DNA from: Nitrospirota bacterium | GTDB lineage: Bacteria > Nitrospirota > UBA9217 | Assembly (NCBI GenBank): GCA_963790205.1 | Contig: CAWBNQ010000001.1 | Span: 832,001 to 896,000 of the forward strand | DNA: 64,000 nt | Direction of reading: 5' to 3' | In this document: piece after piece, positions 30,132-41,390 of the stretch | Numbering within the stretch: position 1 is the stretch's first letter | How the letters are laid out: each line of letters starts with the position of its first letter | The notes under the pieces: model-generated | The model's database searches: none | What the model was told of the DNA's origin: nothing | Seen by the model: the letters and a program-made list of their open reading frames with translations, nothing else | Program-made: the position numbers and the translations under genes

Positions 30132-31211
30132 CTACCGCTTCAAAATCTTATGGAGATGCTTGATGAACTCATTATTTTCTTCCGGCGTGCCCACGGTCAC
30201 GCGCAGACAGTTCTTGAGCGGCCCGGGCCTGTTCAGGTCCTTGATGAGGATGCCCGCCTCTTTGAGCTTTTCATGGATGCGCGTAGCATCGGTCGAGGTC
30301 CTGAAGAGGATAAAATTGGTTTCCGATGGATAGGCCGTGATGCCTTTTATGCCAATCAATTCATTATATAGTCTTTGCCGCGACGAAATCAACAGGGAAA
30401 TCTGCTGGTTCAGGACGTCCCTGCGTCCGAGCGCCGCCACCGCAGCCGCCTGGGAAAGGGTATTGATGTTATACGGCAGTCTGATCTTGTTGAGCTGGTC
30501 GATCACTTTCGCCGACGCCGTCAGCACGCCGATCCGAAGTCCCGCAAAGCCGATCTTCGAAAGCGTGCGCAGGATGATCATGTTCGGATACTCTCTCAGC
30601 ACGGGAAGATAGGACTTGCCGGAAAAGCTGAAATAGGCTTCGTCAATGACCACGGCGGCGCTGGTCTTGTTCAATATTTTTTGCACGGCCTCATCCGCGA
30701 AACGGTTCCCGGTCGGGTTGTTGGGATTGGCGAGAAAAATGACCTTGGCCTTGGCCTCCTTCGCTTTTTTGAGCATCTTGTCCGCGTTGAGGCTGAAGTC
30801 TTTGCCGAGCGGGACAACGGCCACCTCCTGCGAGAGCGCCCGGGAGGAGATGTCGTACATGGCAAAGGTGGGCGCCGGGATGAGGACCGGGCCGCCGAAA
30901 GCGAGAATGATCATTTGAATAAGTTCATCCGAGCCGTTCCCGAGGATCATCCGCTTCGTGCCGATGCCCCACAGCTCGGCAATGGCCTCTTTCAGCTTTG
31001 CGGCGGAAGGGTCGGGATAGCGGTTGACGGCTGCACCCTTGACCGCATCCAGGATGTTCTGCCTCACGTCCTCGGGCAAGGAAAAGGGGTTTTCCATGGC
31101 ATCGAGCTTGATGCGAAAAGGCGTTTCTTCCACAAAATAGGCCCTGAGCTTCCGCACCTCAGGCTTGACGAGCTTACTGATGTCCTTTGACTTTGGCGGC
31201 TTTCTCTGCAT
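30132..31211 (-). CDS. hisC: Histidinol-phosphate aminotransferase
   Basis: GNGSDELI, PNNPTG, IDEAY, RTLSK, GLRIG; ATG at 31211 preferred. Confidence 0.95.
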   Translation of the reverse strand: MQRKPPKSKDISKLVKPEVRKLRAYFVEETPFRIKLDAMENPFSLPEDVRQNILDAVKGAAVNRYPDPSAAKLKEAIAELWGIGTKRMILGNGSDELIQMIILAFGGPVLIPAPTFAMYDISSRALSQEVAVVPLGKDFSLNADKMLKKAKEAKAKVIFLANPNNPTGNRFADEAVQKILNKTSAAVVIDEAYFSFSGKSYLPVLREYPNMIILRTLSKIGFAGLRIGVLTASAKVIDQLNKIRLPYNINTLSQAAAVAALGRRDVLNQQISLLISSRQRLYNELIGIKGITAYPSETNFILFRTSTDATRIHEKLKEAGILIKDLNRPGPLKNCLRVTVGTPEENNEFIKHLHKILKR

Positions 31212-31316
31212 AATACGACGAATATACAAGAATCCGAAAAGATGTACAAGCAAAAATTACGCTGATTTCCGGGGACGAGTCCGTTTGCCGAGGCCGGAAA
31301 AGAGGTATCATGAAGT

Positions 31317-33173
31317 ATGAAGAAGATCGCGGCGATCATTTGTTGCCTGATGCTGGCGTATCATTTCGCGGGGGCGTCGGAATTCCGCTTTTCGTCCCGG
31401 CCTAACAAAGCCGGCCTGGTCCAATGGCGGGCCTGGGGCCCGGAAACCCTTGAAGAGGCGCGCAAAAAGGACCGGCTCATTCTGCTTTCCCTGAGCGCGG
31501 TCTGGTGCCACTGGTGCCATGTGATGGACGAGACGACCTACTCGAACGAAGAGATCATCGCGTTCATCAATGAACACTTTATTCCGGTGAGGGTCGATGC
31601 CGACATGAGGCCCGACATCGACAGCCTCTATAACCAGGGAGGCTGGCCCAGCACGGCGATCCTGACGCCCCAGGGGGAGGTGATCAGCGGCGGCACCTAT
31701 ATCCCGCCCGGGGAAATGCTCGCACGGCTCAAAAGGGCCTCGGCGCTGTACAAAAGTGACCGCAAAACGATCGCCTCACGGATCGAAGACATGAAGACCA
31801 AGAAGGAGCAGGGCGACTTTGGGAACAAGACGATTTCCGGCCGGCCCGGGAAAGGCGATCTGGAGAACATCGTCCGGCTCGTCAAAGGCTCTTTTGATGA
31901 AAAAAACGGCGGGTTCGGAATCGGCCAGAAATTTCCGGCGCCAGAGACCGTGGATTTTCTCCTTTCAATGTATGTAAAGAACAGGGACCCGGAGATCGAA
32001 AAGATCATAACCCTCACGCTCGACCGCATGGGCAAAGGAGAGATCTTCGATGACCGCGAAGGCGGTTTTTTCCGCTATGCAACGAAGCCCGACTGGTCAA
32101 GGCCCCACTACGAAAAAATGCTCGAGGTGAACGCAGGCCTGATCAAAAACTATGCCGAGGCTTCGCTGGTGTTCGGAAGCAAGGAATACGGGAGGATCGC
32201 CGAGAAATGTCTGGGCTATATTCAGTCTACTCTATTCGATCCCGGGACCGGCGCTTTCTTTGGGAGCCAGGACGCTGATGAGGAGTATTACCGGGCGAAG
32301 GACCGGAAGCATATGAAACCGCCCAGTGTGGACAGGATCGCGTATACGGATTCCTCGTCTCTCATGGTGAGCGCTTTTGTTTCAGCCTACGGCGCCACCG
32401 GCAACAAGCATTATCTTGAAATGGCGAAGCGTGGGACTGAATTCATACTTCAGAAACTGTACGGAGGGAATAACGGTGTTTATCATTTTTACCGCGAGAA
32501 GACAAGGCGCCTGCCGGGGCTGTTGTCGGATAATGTTCTCTTCGGCTTGGCGCTTCTTGATCTTTATAATGCAACGGGCGAGGGACGGTATCTGAGGACA
32601 GCACAGGAGATCGGGCAGTTTATCGCGACCCGGTTCTATGATCACGGGGCGAAGCGCTTTCGCACTTCCCTTGATGCTTCGCTGAAAAAGCCGGTCACAG
32701 CCGGCATGCTGGCAGTTGTCAACGAAGACCTTGCAAATTACCGGGCCCTTCGCTTTCAGGCCAGGCTTGTATACAATGATGAATCCCTGAACGTAAAAGA
32801 GACCAGGGATGCTTCTGCAGCTTCCCTGGCCGGCGGCTATCAGCGTTTTTCGCCCTACGCCGCGGTATACGGCAGCGCGCTCCTGTGGGTCCTGTATGAT
32901 CCGGTCCGGATAACAATCATTGCCGACGGTGCGGCCCGGCGAGACTATGTTGCGGCGGTCAATAGCGTCTATGTCCCGGAGAAGGTAGTCACCTTTCTGT
33001 CACTGTCGCAAGATGCCGAGCAGATCAGGAAGCTCAAATACGCAAAGAAGGAATCGGTGTATCTGTGCTCCGGGAGACGGTGTTCGAAGCCCATTTCAAA
33101 ACCCGAACAGCTCAAAATAACGCTCAGGCAATTCATGGAAGTGTCGGTTGAACAGCCGGGTGGACAGCGCTGA
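31317..33173 (+). CDS. Exported thioredoxin-domain / alpha-alpha toroid protein (YyaL/DUF255 family)
   Basis: Signal peptide; WCHWCHVM, GGWP, GGF..KFP, GGFFRY, PHYEKML. Confidence 0.85.
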   Translation: MKKIAAIICCLMLAYHFAGASEFRFSSRPNKAGLVQWRAWGPETLEEARKKDRLILLSLSAVWCHWCHVMDETTYSNEEIIAFINEHFIPVRVDADMRPDIDSLYNQGGWPSTAILTPQGEVISGGTYIPPGEMLARLKRASALYKSDRKTIASRIEDMKTKKEQGDFGNKTISGRPGKGDLENIVRLVKGSFDEKNGGFGIGQKFPAPETVDFLLSMYVKNRDPEIEKIITLTLDRMGKGEIFDDREGGFFRYATKPDWSRPHYEKMLEVNAGLIKNYAEASLVFGSKEYGRIAEKCLGYIQSTLFDPGTGAFFGSQDADEEYYRAKDRKHMKPPSVDRIAYTDSSSLMVSAFVSAYGATGNKHYLEMAKRGTEFILQKLYGGNNGVYHFYREKTRRLPGLLSDNVLFGLALLDLYNATGEGRYLRTAQEIGQFIATRFYDHGAKRFRTSLDASLKKPVTAGMLAVVNEDLANYRALRFQARLVYNDESLNVKETRDASAASLAGGYQRFSPYAAVYGSALLWVLYDPVRITIIADGAARRDYVAAVNSVYVPEKVVTFLSLSQDAEQIRKLKYAKKESVYLCSGRRCSKPISKPEQLKITLRQFMEVSVEQPGGQR

Positions 33174-33321
33174 TTCTTCTCCCTATTAGAAAATTAAATC
33201 TCATTTACTGGAAGAGCCATCAAGCGGCCCCGATTTAAAAAATCCGCCAGCACAGCCGCGTGGCAGCAAAGCAGGCGCGGCCGGGGGGGCGCTGCGTCTT
33301 ATGGCGGGCCGTTCACGAGCT

Positions 33322-34347
33322 TCACCGCCTTGCCATGAACTTCACGAACTCCTTCCGCGCCCGGTTGGCCTCTTTGCACGTCGTTACCTTCCTCAGTCTG
33401 ATCCCGAACCGCGTTGCAATCGGCTCCAAAATCAATTTAGCTTCATCCTGGGCGACAAGAATTTCCATCGGCAGGAAGCCCGTTTTTTCCAGCGCCTCGA
33501 TAAAACTATTCGCGAATTGAGTTGGGTATACATCCGGAGGGACCATGTGGTTGTGAAAAATGAAGCCGGTGTCATGGTCCGCGACGATAAGAAGACAAGG
33601 GAAAAAGGGGCGGCCTGTTTCCTTGATCGGGATATCAGCGAAGGCATAATCGAATTCCCAGATACCTTGCATTTTCAATTCCCGTGATTTAAGTCTTTGA
33701 ACCCGGAGTTCATCGAAATGGACTGATAGCGGTTTCGGTTTGACCGGTGCCGGCTTCGTCCAGCAATCGCGCCAGGTGAGTGTGTCGCCATTAAGCTCGG
33801 GGGTCCGGACGAGATATTCGCCGCGCGCGGGAGGGTCGAGAAGTGTCCTTTGCTCTTTGAAGCGTAGACAAACATCTTCCGCCTGCATCAATGCCTGCGT
33901 GAGATAAACGGCTTCGTCGGCAGTGATGGACCAGGGCAAATAACCCGGCTTGAGGTTCTTGAAGATAGGATATGCGTTCCTGCCCCGTAAACTTAGCCCC
34001 AGTTGTTTGATGATCTCGTGCTCTTCCTTGTGAACGTACTTCCTGTCGTCGAAGGTTAGGCTCAGGCAATTATGAAGAAGAAGGCCTTCGATACTGCCGG
34101 GCGGTCTTCTTTTGGCCCTTAGTTTTCTGAAGCCTTCCAGTCCCTCGGAGCCCAGATATACGATCAGTCCGAAAACCTCGCCGAGGCTTCCGATTACGCA
34201 GCAATATCCGATTTCACCGGTTTTGGGGTCCTGGATTCCGAATAAGTTTTCCTCGATCATCCAGGTCCAGCACGCGAGCCGTTTGAACTGGAGCGCTTGC
34301 TCGTAAAGAGCTTTCCATTGAGGCAATGTCGGAGATTGTTCAGACAT
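33322..34347 (-). CDS. Conserved hypothetical protein
   Basis: 341-aa ORF with protein-like composition and an RBS-like GGGGA; no motif I can name confidently. Confidence 0.75.
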   Translation of the reverse strand: MSEQSPTLPQWKALYEQALQFKRLACWTWMIEENLFGIQDPKTGEIGYCCVIGSLGEVFGLIVYLGSEGLEGFRKLRAKRRPPGSIEGLLLHNCLSLTFDDRKYVHKEEHEIIKQLGLSLRGRNAYPIFKNLKPGYLPWSITADEAVYLTQALMQAEDVCLRFKEQRTLLDPPARGEYLVRTPELNGDTLTWRDCWTKPAPVKPKPLSVHFDELRVQRLKSRELKMQGIWEFDYAFADIPIKETGRPFFPCLLIVADHDTGFIFHNHMVPPDVYPTQFANSFIEALEKTGFLPMEILVAQDEAKLILEPIATRFGIRLRKVTTCKEANRARKEFVKFMARR

Positions 34348-34371
34348 GTGAAAATTCCCCCGTCATGAATC

Positions 34372-34398
34372 AAAAAGCGGCCTTGTTGGCCGCCTTTT
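34372..34398 (-). terminator. Terminator after hisG
   Basis: AAAAAGCGGCC..GGCCGCCTTTT. Confidence 0.65.
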
Positions 34399-34402
34399 GA
34401 TT

Positions 34403-35323
34403 TTACGGAATGACTTTATTCAGCGGGTACTCCACGATCCCCGATGCGCCGCGGCGCTTGAGCCGGGGGATGAGGTTGCGGGCCACTTTTTCGTCCAGGA
34501 TGACCTCGAGGCTCACCCAGGCGGGGTCGGTCTGGTGCGAGATCGTGGGCGCGTGCATCGAGGGGAGGAGGCCGCAGATCTCTTTCAGGTTCGCCTTGGG
34601 CGCGTTCATCTTGAGGCCGACCTTTTCCTCGGCTGCGAGCGCGCCCTGGAGCAGCATGGCCATGCTCTCGATCTTTTTCCGTTTCCAGGGGTCGTTCCAG
34701 GCCTTTTTATTCGCGATGAGCCGCGTTGTGGACTCAAGCATGACCTCGACGATCCGGAGCTTGTTCGCTTTTAGGGAGCTGCCCGTCTCGGTCAGCTCCA
34801 CGATGGCGTCGGCGAGCGTCGGCGGTTTCACTTCCGTGGCGCCCCAGGAGAACTCGATGTCGGCGGTGACCCCCTTGGATTTAAGATAACGCTTGGTGTA
34901 ACCTACGAGCTCCGTAGCGATGCGCTTGCCTTTCAGGTCCTTGATGGACTTGATGGTCGAGTCTTCCGGCACGGCTACGACCCAGCGAACGGGATTCAGG
35001 CCGCCCTTTGCGTAGCGGAGCTCGGCGACCTCGACAACGTCGGCATTCTGCTCCAGGATCCAGTCTTTGCCCGTGAGGCCCACGTCGAAGATGCCGTTGT
35101 CCACGTACCGGGCCATCTCCTGGGCGCGGACCATGATGCACCCGATGTCGGGATCGTCGATGCTGGGGTAGTAGCTTCGCGAGCTTACCTGCACGCGGTA
35201 GCCGGCTTTGTTGAAGAGCTTGAAGGTCGCTTCCTGCAGGCTCCCCTTAGGCAGGCCGAGCTTCAGTTTTTGGCCCGCCGTGACGACGGCTTTCGATGAT
35301 GCCTTCTTCGATTTCGTCGGCAT
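34403..35323 (-). CDS. hisG: ATP phosphoribosyltransferase (long form)
   Basis: [36 protein letters not shown]-terminal regulatory domain. Confidence 0.95.
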   Translation of the reverse strand: MPTKSKKASSKAVVTAGQKLKLGLPKGSLQEATFKLFNKAGYRVQVSSRSYYPSIDDPDIGCIMVRAQEMARYVDNGIFDVGLTGKDWILEQNADVVEVAELRYAKGGLNPVRWVVAVPEDSTIKSIKDLKGKRIATELVGYTKRYLKSKGVTADIEFSWGATEVKPPTLADAIVELTETGSSLKANKLRIVEVMLESTTRLIANKKAWNDPWKRKKIESMAMLLQGALAAEEKVGLKMNAPKANLKEICGLLPSMHAPTISHQTDPAWVSLEVILDEKVARNLIPRLKRRGASGIVEYPLNKVIP

Positions 35324-35344
35324 GTGTTCTCCTCTGAAAAATAC

Positions 35345-35409
35345 TTGACTGGATAACGGATAACCAATGAGACTGTAACATATCCCGTCGATCCTGTAAA
35401 TCCCGTCAA
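35345..35409. repeat. Intergenic palindromic element (hisD-hisG)
   Basis: TTGACTGGATAACGGAT ... ATCCCGTCGATCCTGTAAATCCCGTCAA (9-mer periodicity). Confidence 0.6.
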
Positions 35410-35421
35410 AAAATTATTTTG

Positions 35422-36714
35422 CTATTTTTTCGCCATTCTCACCCGGATCGTGTTTCCATGCGCCTCAAGGCCTTCCACATCGGCAATTTGCATGATGGCT
35501 TCGCCGACCTTGTCCAGGCCCTCTTTCGTATAAAAGATCAGGCTGGATTTTTTCATGAAGCTGTCCGTGGACAGGGGGGAGAAAAACCGCGCAGTCCCGC
35601 CGGTGGGGAGCACGTGGTTTGGGCCGGCGATGTAGTCTCCCACGGACTCAGGCGTGTAGTGGCCGAGGAAGATGGCGCCGGCATTCCTGATCAATCCGAG
35701 GAGCTCGAAGGGTTTTTCCACGGCAAGCTCCAGGTGCTCCGGAGCGATGGAGTTCGATACCTCGGCCGCTTGCGGGAGGGTCCCGACGAGGACAATGGCC
35801 CCGAAGCGGTCAATGGCCTTGCGCGCGATCTCTTTTCTCGCGAGGTTGGCGAGCTGTCGCTCGACCTCAGCCCCCACCTTTTCAGCAAGGTCCCGTGATG
35901 TCGTCACAAGGATCGACGAGGCAAGCTCGTCATGCTCGGCCTGCGAGAGCAAATCAGAGGCGACGAACTCCGGGTCGGCGCTCTGGTCGGCAATGATGAG
36001 TATTTCGCTCGGCCCTGCGATCATGTCGATGTCAACCTGACCGAAGACGTAGCGCTTGGCAGTGGCAACATAAATGTTTCCAGGGCCCACGATCTTGTCA
36101 ACCTTCGGGATGGTGGCGGTCCCATAGGCCATGGCAGCGATGGCCTGCGCTCCGCCGATCTTATAAATATCGCTTACTCCCGCGATGTCGGCCGCGACGA
36201 GAATGTAGGGGTTCATGTTGCCGCCCGGGGCCGGAGAACACATGATGAGCTGCTCCACGCCCGCCACCTTCGCCGGGATCACGTTCATCAGCACCGTCGA
36301 AGGGTAGCACGCCTTGCCGCCAGGCACGTAGACGCCTGCGCTCCTTATGGGCCGGGCAAGCTGGCCCAGGATAACGCCGTCCGCCTCCTGGCTGACCCAG
36401 GAACTGATCTTCTGCTTTTCGTGGAAGGCGCGGATCTTCTGCGCTGCAAGCTTGAGCGCTTCGACCTTCTTTGTGTCCACTTTGTTATAGGCGTCCCGGA
36501 TCTCGTCAAGAGAAACCTTGATGTCCTTGAGCGTGAGCTTCACCTTGTCGAACTTCTCGGTGTATTCGAGGACCGCCGGATCTCCCTGCTTTCGCACCTG
36601 CTCAACGACGTCCTTGACCGCCGCGGCCACTTCCTCGGTCGCGGTTTCGCCGCGGTTCACGATCCGCTTTAATTCAGTTGCGATGTCTTTCTGCTGCGAG
36701 TCGATGACCTTCAT
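35422..36714 (-). CDS. hisD: Histidinol dehydrogenase
   Basis: YVPGG.A.YPS, GPGNIYV, IDMIAGPSE, QAEHD, APEHL, NHVLPT. Confidence 0.97.
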   Translation of the reverse strand: MKVIDSQQKDIATELKRIVNRGETATEEVAAAVKDVVEQVRKQGDPAVLEYTEKFDKVKLTLKDIKVSLDEIRDAYNKVDTKKVEALKLAAQKIRAFHEKQKISSWVSQEADGVILGQLARPIRSAGVYVPGGKACYPSTVLMNVIPAKVAGVEQLIMCSPAPGGNMNPYILVAADIAGVSDIYKIGGAQAIAAMAYGTATIPKVDKIVGPGNIYVATAKRYVFGQVDIDMIAGPSEILIIADQSADPEFVASDLLSQAEHDELASSILVTTSRDLAEKVGAEVERQLANLARKEIARKAIDRFGAIVLVGTLPQAAEVSNSIAPEHLELAVEKPFELLGLIRNAGAIFLGHYTPESVGDYIAGPNHVLPTGGTARFFSPLSTDSFMKKSSLIFYTKEGLDKVGEAIMQIADVEGLEAHGNTIRVRMAKK

Positions 36715-36729
36715 GAAAACCCCTTACCT

Positions 36730-36826
36730 ATTTCGAATTGCGGATTTTGGATTTCGCATGCCGCAATCTGTTTGCACCCGCGCTCACGAGTGCATAGCGC
36801 GAGTACAGGGTGCAATCCGCAAATCG
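36730..36826. repeat. Heptamer-based palindromic element (murA-hisD)
   Basis: ATTTCGA ATTGCGG ATTTTGG ATTTCGC ... AATCCGCAAATCG. Confidence 0.65.
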
Positions 36827-36828
36827 TA

Positions 36829-38076
36829 TCATACTCTCTTGATGTCCGCGCCCAAGGCAGAAAGCTTCTGCTCGATGTTCTCGTAGCCGCGGTCCAGGTG
36901 ATAGATGCGCGACACCACGGTCTGGCCCTGGGCGGCGAGGCCCGCGAGAATGAGCGAGGCGCTTGCCCGGAGGTCAGTGGCCATCACCGGAGCGGCTGAA
37001 AGCTTCTGCACGCCTCTGACAACGGCGCTTCGGCCCTCGGTCTGGATGTCGGCGCCCATGCGCCTGAGCTCGGCCACGTGTGTAAACCGATTTTCGAAGA
37101 TGGTTTCGTTGATCACGCTCGTGCCCTCGGCAAGTGCCATGAGGCTCATAAACTGCGCCTGCATGTCCGTGGGGAACCCGGGATACTCCAGCGTTTTGAT
37201 GCCGACAGGTCTGATCTTGCGCTGGCCGATTACAAGGATGGTTCCATCGTCCACATTTATCTCTGCACCCGCTTCGGCCACCTTGGCAAGCACCGCATCC
37301 AGGTTTCCGGGATTACAGTCCTTGATCAAGACCGAGCCGCCGGTTATGGCAGCGGCGATAACGAAGGTCCCGGTCTCAATCCGGTCCGGCATGACCGTAT
37401 AACTCATCGGATGGAGTCGCTCAACGCCCTGGATCTTGATGATGTCCGTGCCTGCGCCCTCGATCTTCGCGCCCATCTGCGCGAGGGCGTTTGCAAGATC
37501 AACCACTTCGGGCTCGCGTGCAGCGTTCTCGATCGTGGTCTCTCCCTCGGCAAGCACGGCGGCCATCATGATGTTTTCCGTGCCGGTCACGGTCACGGTG
37601 TCAAAATAGATATGGGCTCCCCGCAGCTTCCTGGCCTTTGCGCTGACATAACCATGTTCGATCTGGACGTCGGCGCCGAGTTTCTCAAGGCCCATGAGGT
37701 GGAGATTGATGGGCCGGGCCCCGATGGCGCATCCGCCCGGCATCGAGACACGCGCTTTGCCCATCCTCGCCACGAGAGGACCCAGCACGAGCACCGAGGC
37801 CCGCATGGTCCGAACGAGGTCATAGGGCGCCTCTGGGTTCGTAAGCCCGGTGGCGTCGAGGAGAATGTCGCGGCCTTGCCGTTCAAACGTCAGACCCATG
37901 TTCTGGAGGATCCTTCCCAGCGTAGTGACGTCGGCCAGGTGGGGGACGTTCGAGATCCGATGCTTCCCCTCGCACAAAAGCCCGGCCGCGATGATCGGGA
38001 GCGCGGCGTTCTTCGCCCCGCTGATCGTGACCTCACCGTTCAGTTTTTTACCGCCGTTAATGACAATAGTTTTCAT
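36829..38076 (-). CDS. murA: UDP-N-acetylglucosamine 1-carboxyvinyltransferase
   Basis: [32 protein letters not shown]. Confidence 0.97.
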   Translation of the reverse strand: MKTIVINGGKKLNGEVTISGAKNAALPIIAAGLLCEGKHRISNVPHLADVTTLGRILQNMGLTFERQGRDILLDATGLTNPEAPYDLVRTMRASVLVLGPLVARMGKARVSMPGGCAIGARPINLHLMGLEKLGADVQIEHGYVSAKARKLRGAHIYFDTVTVTGTENIMMAAVLAEGETTIENAAREPEVVDLANALAQMGAKIEGAGTDIIKIQGVERLHPMSYTVMPDRIETGTFVIAAAITGGSVLIKDCNPGNLDAVLAKVAEAGAEINVDDGTILVIGQRKIRPVGIKTLEYPGFPTDMQAQFMSLMALAEGTSVINETIFENRFTHVAELRRMGADIQTEGRSAVVRGVQKLSAAPVMATDLRASASLILAGLAAQGQTVVSRIYHLDRGYENIEQKLSALGADIKRV

Positions 38077-38120
38077 GATATTCGCAGCCAAGGACGAGCA
38101 GGGTGTATCGCAGCTGCACG

Positions 38121-38990
38121 TTACTTTTTCTTTACGACGAGTGTCCGGTCGATTCCCGCCAGATCTTTGAGCATCTCCGGCTTGTCATAGGTCCCTGCCT
38201 CATCAACCATTCGCTTCAGTATCTCCGCCTGGCCCATGCCCAGCTCCATGATGAGCGTGCCATGCTTCTCTAAAAAATCTGACGCATGCTCGATGATTTT
38301 CTGCTGGACCTCCGTGCCCTCCCTGCCCGCTATGATAGCGAGCTCCGGTTCGTAGTCCCTTACCTCGCGTTGAAGCATCGGCAGGTCGCCTGACCGTATA
38401 TACGGCGGATTTGCCGTGATGACGTCCACCAGGCCGCGGATGTCGAGTTCCTCCAGAGGTGCGTAAAGATCTCCCTCGAGGAACCGGATGCGGTCCGCTA
38501 CGCCGTGCCTTTGCGAGTTTTCCCGGGCAACGACGAGCGCCTGACTTGACTTATCAACAGCAAAGATGTGTGTATCCCCGAGCTCTTTCGCCAGGCTTAT
38601 AGCGATGCAGCCTGAGCCCGTGCAAAGATCAACGATCGTTGTCTGCCTGCCTGCATCCCGCAATATCCCGATTGCCGTCTCGACGACCAACTCCGTTTCA
38701 GGCCTGGGGATAAGGACATCGTGGGTCACCGTAAATTCAAGGCCCCAGAATTCTTGTCTGCCAATAATATACTGGAGAGGCTCCCGCCTGGACCTGCGAT
38801 CGATTGCGTCTTCAAAGAGCTTATGTCTCTTGTTATCGAGACAGTCGTTATTATGGGTGATGAGCCAGACGCGGTCCCTCTCTAACAAATGGGAAAGAAG
38901 CACTTCCGCGTCGAACCTGGCGTTTTGTATTTCCGCTTGCACCAGGCGTTCAGTTGCGTACCGTATTGCATCGGCGATCTTCAATGGCAA
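38121..38990 (-). CDS. prmC: Release factor glutamine methyltransferase
   Basis: [26 protein letters not shown]; follows prfA. Confidence 0.95.
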   Translation of the reverse strand: MPLKIADAIRYATERLVQAEIQNARFDAEVLLSHLLERDRVWLITHNNDCLDNKRHKLFEDAIDRRSRREPLQYIIGRQEFWGLEFTVTHDVLIPRPETELVVETAIGILRDAGRQTTIVDLCTGSGCIAISLAKELGDTHIFAVDKSSQALVVARENSQRHGVADRIRFLEGDLYAPLEELDIRGLVDVITANPPYIRSGDLPMLQREVRDYEPELAIIAGREGTEVQQKIIEHASDFLEKHGTLIMELGMGQAEILKRMVDEAGTYDKPEMLKDLAGIDRTLVVKKK

Positions 38991-39058
38991 TATTTTTGAT
39001 GACTGGATTCACGATAAAAATGAGCATGCAGGAACCATGCATCCTGCATCGAGCACTG

Positions 39059-40126
39059 TTACAGGTTTTTCAGTCGCTCGGCATTCGCCGCCGCAGTCAA
39101 GGCCTCGATGAATTCATCGAGATCGCCGTCGAGCACAGCATCGAGCCGGTAGAGAGAAAGCCCGACGCGGTGGTCGGTCACCCTGCTCTGCGGGAAGTTA
39201 TAGGTCCTGATCTTTTCGCTCCGCTCGCCCGAGCCCACCTGGGATCTGCGGTCCTGGGCGGTCTCGGCCTCCTGTCGCTCCCGCTCCCGCTCGAGGAGGC
39301 GGGACTTGAGGATCTTCATGGCCTTCTCGCGGTTCTTAAGCTGCGAACGCTCGTCCTGGCAGGCAACAACTTCTCCCGTGGGGATATGGGTGATCCTGAC
39401 GGCCGAGTAGGTCGTGTTCACGCTCTGGCCGCCGGGACCCGATGAACAGTACGTGTCGATGCGCAGGTCTTTCTGCTCGACCTGCACGTCCACATCGTCA
39501 GCCTCGGGCAATACCGCAACGGTGACCGTGGAGGTATGGATCCTGCCGGCGGCCTCGGTCGCGGGGACGCGCTGCACACGGTGCACACCGCTTTCGTACT
39601 TGAGCCTGCTGTACACTCCCTTGCCCTGGACCTGGGCGATGACTTCCTTTACGCCCCCCACACCGCTTGTGCTCATGTCGAGGAGCGTCACCTTCCATCG
39701 CTTTTTTTCAGCGTAACGCGAATACATGCGGAAAAGCTCGGCAGCGAAAAGCCCGGCTTCGTCCCCTCCGGCGCCGGCACGGATCTCAAGAAAGACGTTT
39801 CTCTCGTCCCTGGGGTCCTTCGGCACGAGCATCAGCCGGAGGTCCTGCTCCATCTGCGCGATGCGGGGCCGAAGCTCCTTGAGTTCGGAGTCGGCCATTT
39901 CACGCAGGTCGGCATCCACCTTTTTATCCTTGGTGATCTCCTCAGCCTCGCGGATTTGCTTCAGGATGTCCCGATAAGCGCGGTAGTTGGTCACCACGTC
40001 TTCTATCTCCGACCGCTCACGGGAGTATTTCTGATACTGCTGGTGGTTGCCGGCAACCGCGGGATCGGACAGAAGCCTGGTGAGTTCGTCGTATTTTTCC
40101 GCAACAGCGTCTAATTTTTTCAACAT
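39059..40126 (-). CDS. prfA: Peptide chain release factor 1
   Basis: HRVQRVPATE (PxT), GGQ, RTYNFPQ. Confidence 0.98.
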   Translation of the reverse strand: MLKKLDAVAEKYDELTRLLSDPAVAGNHQQYQKYSRERSEIEDVVTNYRAYRDILKQIREAEEITKDKKVDADLREMADSELKELRPRIAQMEQDLRLMLVPKDPRDERNVFLEIRAGAGGDEAGLFAAELFRMYSRYAEKKRWKVTLLDMSTSGVGGVKEVIAQVQGKGVYSRLKYESGVHRVQRVPATEAAGRIHTSTVTVAVLPEADDVDVQVEQKDLRIDTYCSSGPGGQSVNTTYSAVRITHIPTGEVVACQDERSQLKNREKAMKILKSRLLERERERQEAETAQDRRSQVGSGERSEKIRTYNFPQSRVTDHRVGLSLYRLDAVLDGDLDEFIEALTAAANAERLKNL

Positions 40127-40140
40127 AAGAATACAGCCTA

Positions 40141-40201
40141 ACCACAGAGGTCACGGAGAACAAAAGAAGCGACACGGTCTAATCTCTGTGCGCTCAGTGG
40201 T
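40141..40201. repeat. Intergenic palindromic element (DUF1385-prfA)
   Basis: ACCACAGAGGTCACGGAG ... CTCTGTGCGCTCAGTGGT. Confidence 0.8.
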
Positions 40202-40232
40202 GAGAATTTTTTTCCAACAAAAAAACCCCGCT

Positions 40233-41138
40233 TCAGCGGGGTTCCATCGCGAGAGCCTCGTTCATCGCCCTGATGGCGACTTCAAGTTGATCATCCGAGG
40301 GTTCCCGTGTCGTGAGCCGCTGGAGCCAGAGCCCGGGCAGAATCAACAGTTCGATCAGCGGGTGACCGCGTTTTTTTGCGCTGTACTTGAGAAATTCGTA
40401 TCCCAGCCCGGCGATCAGCGGCAGCAGTGCGATGCGCGAAAGGCCTTTTGCCCAGAGAGGCCAGAAACCAGGGATGAGCGAGAAGAGCATGATGGAAAGA
40501 GCCATCACGATAAGCAGGAAACTTGTGCCGCACCGCGGGTGGATACAGGAGTACGGTCTCGCGTTCTTCACAGTCAGTTCCATGCCGGCCTCGTATGCGG
40601 CTATCGTCTTATGTTCGGCGCCGTGGTATTCGAAGACCCGGCGAATGTCCTTCATGAATGAAATGCCGGACACATACCCCAGGAACAGGGCGACCCGGAA
40701 CACGCCGTCGGTAAGGTTGAACAGAACGCTGTTTTTGCCCAGGGCTGCGTATTTCAGGCCGAGAAAGTTGGTGAGCAGGAGGGGGAGCGCCAGGAAGAGG
40801 CCGAGCGCGAAGGCTACGGCAACGATCATGGTCCCGGCCATGGCAAGCGGGCTTATCTCTTCCTTTTTCCCGTCCTCGCTTTCGAGCGCTTCATTGGCCG
40901 AGTAATTAAGCGCCCTGATCCCGAGCCACATCGCTTCAAAGAGCGCTGCCGAGCCCCGAATGATCTTTTTCTTGAACAGGGGAAACCGCTCTCCGAGCGG
41001 CTGGAGCTCCTGCTTGAAAATGGCGATCCCGGCTTCGGGCCTGCCGCCTTTTCGTACGGCCACCGTGAAGGCCCGCGGAGAGCGCATCATTACGCCTTCG
41101 AGCACGGCCTGGCCGCCTATGTTCAATTTTTCCGTCAA
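40233..41138 (-). CDS. DUF1385 family membrane protein
   Basis: GGQAVLEGVMMR, YHGAEHK, HPRCGTSF, LTTREP; conserved rpmE-DUF1385-prfA context; start may be 41162. Confidence 0.92.
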   Translation of the reverse strand: MTEKLNIGGQAVLEGVMMRSPRAFTVAVRKGGRPEAGIAIFKQELQPLGERFPLFKKKIIRGSAALFEAMWLGIRALNYSANEALESEDGKKEEISPLAMAGTMIVAVAFALGLFLALPLLLTNFLGLKYAALGKNSVLFNLTDGVFRVALFLGYVSGISFMKDIRRVFEYHGAEHKTIAAYEAGMELTVKNARPYSCIHPRCGTSFLLIVMALSIMLFSLIPGFWPLWAKGLSRIALLPLIAGLGYEFLKYSAKKRGHPLIELLILPGLWLQRLTTREPSDDQLEVAIRAMNEALAMEPR

Positions 41139-41189
41139 GGTGAGGACCTCGCGACAGAGCATGTCGCGGAGAGAAGCGACACTGGTCGG

Positions 41190-41390
41190 TTACGCCTTAT
41201 TGTATTTTTTCCGGAATTTGTCGACGCGGCCTTCGGTATCGATGAGCTTCTGTTTGCCGGTGAAGAACGGGTGGCAATGGGAGCAGATGTCGAGCCTTAT
41301 ATTCTCTTTGGTGGACCGGGTCTGGTACTTTTCTCCGCAGGCGCAGTGGACCTCCGCCAATTTGTAGTCCGGATGAATTCCCTGTTTCAT
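41190..41390 (-). CDS. rpmE: 50S ribosomal protein L31 (Zn-binding type)
   Basis: [23 protein letters not shown]. Confidence 0.97.
   Translation of the reverse strand: MKQGIHPDYKLAEVHCACGEKYQTRSTKENIRLDICSHCHPFFTGKQKLIDTEGRVDKFRKKYNKA

Noticed and set aside
37078..38190. 370-aa plus-strand ORF and similar long shadow ORFs (13925-15007, 6914-7855, 51814-52740)
   Set aside because: Lie opposite well-supported genes and show no protein motifs
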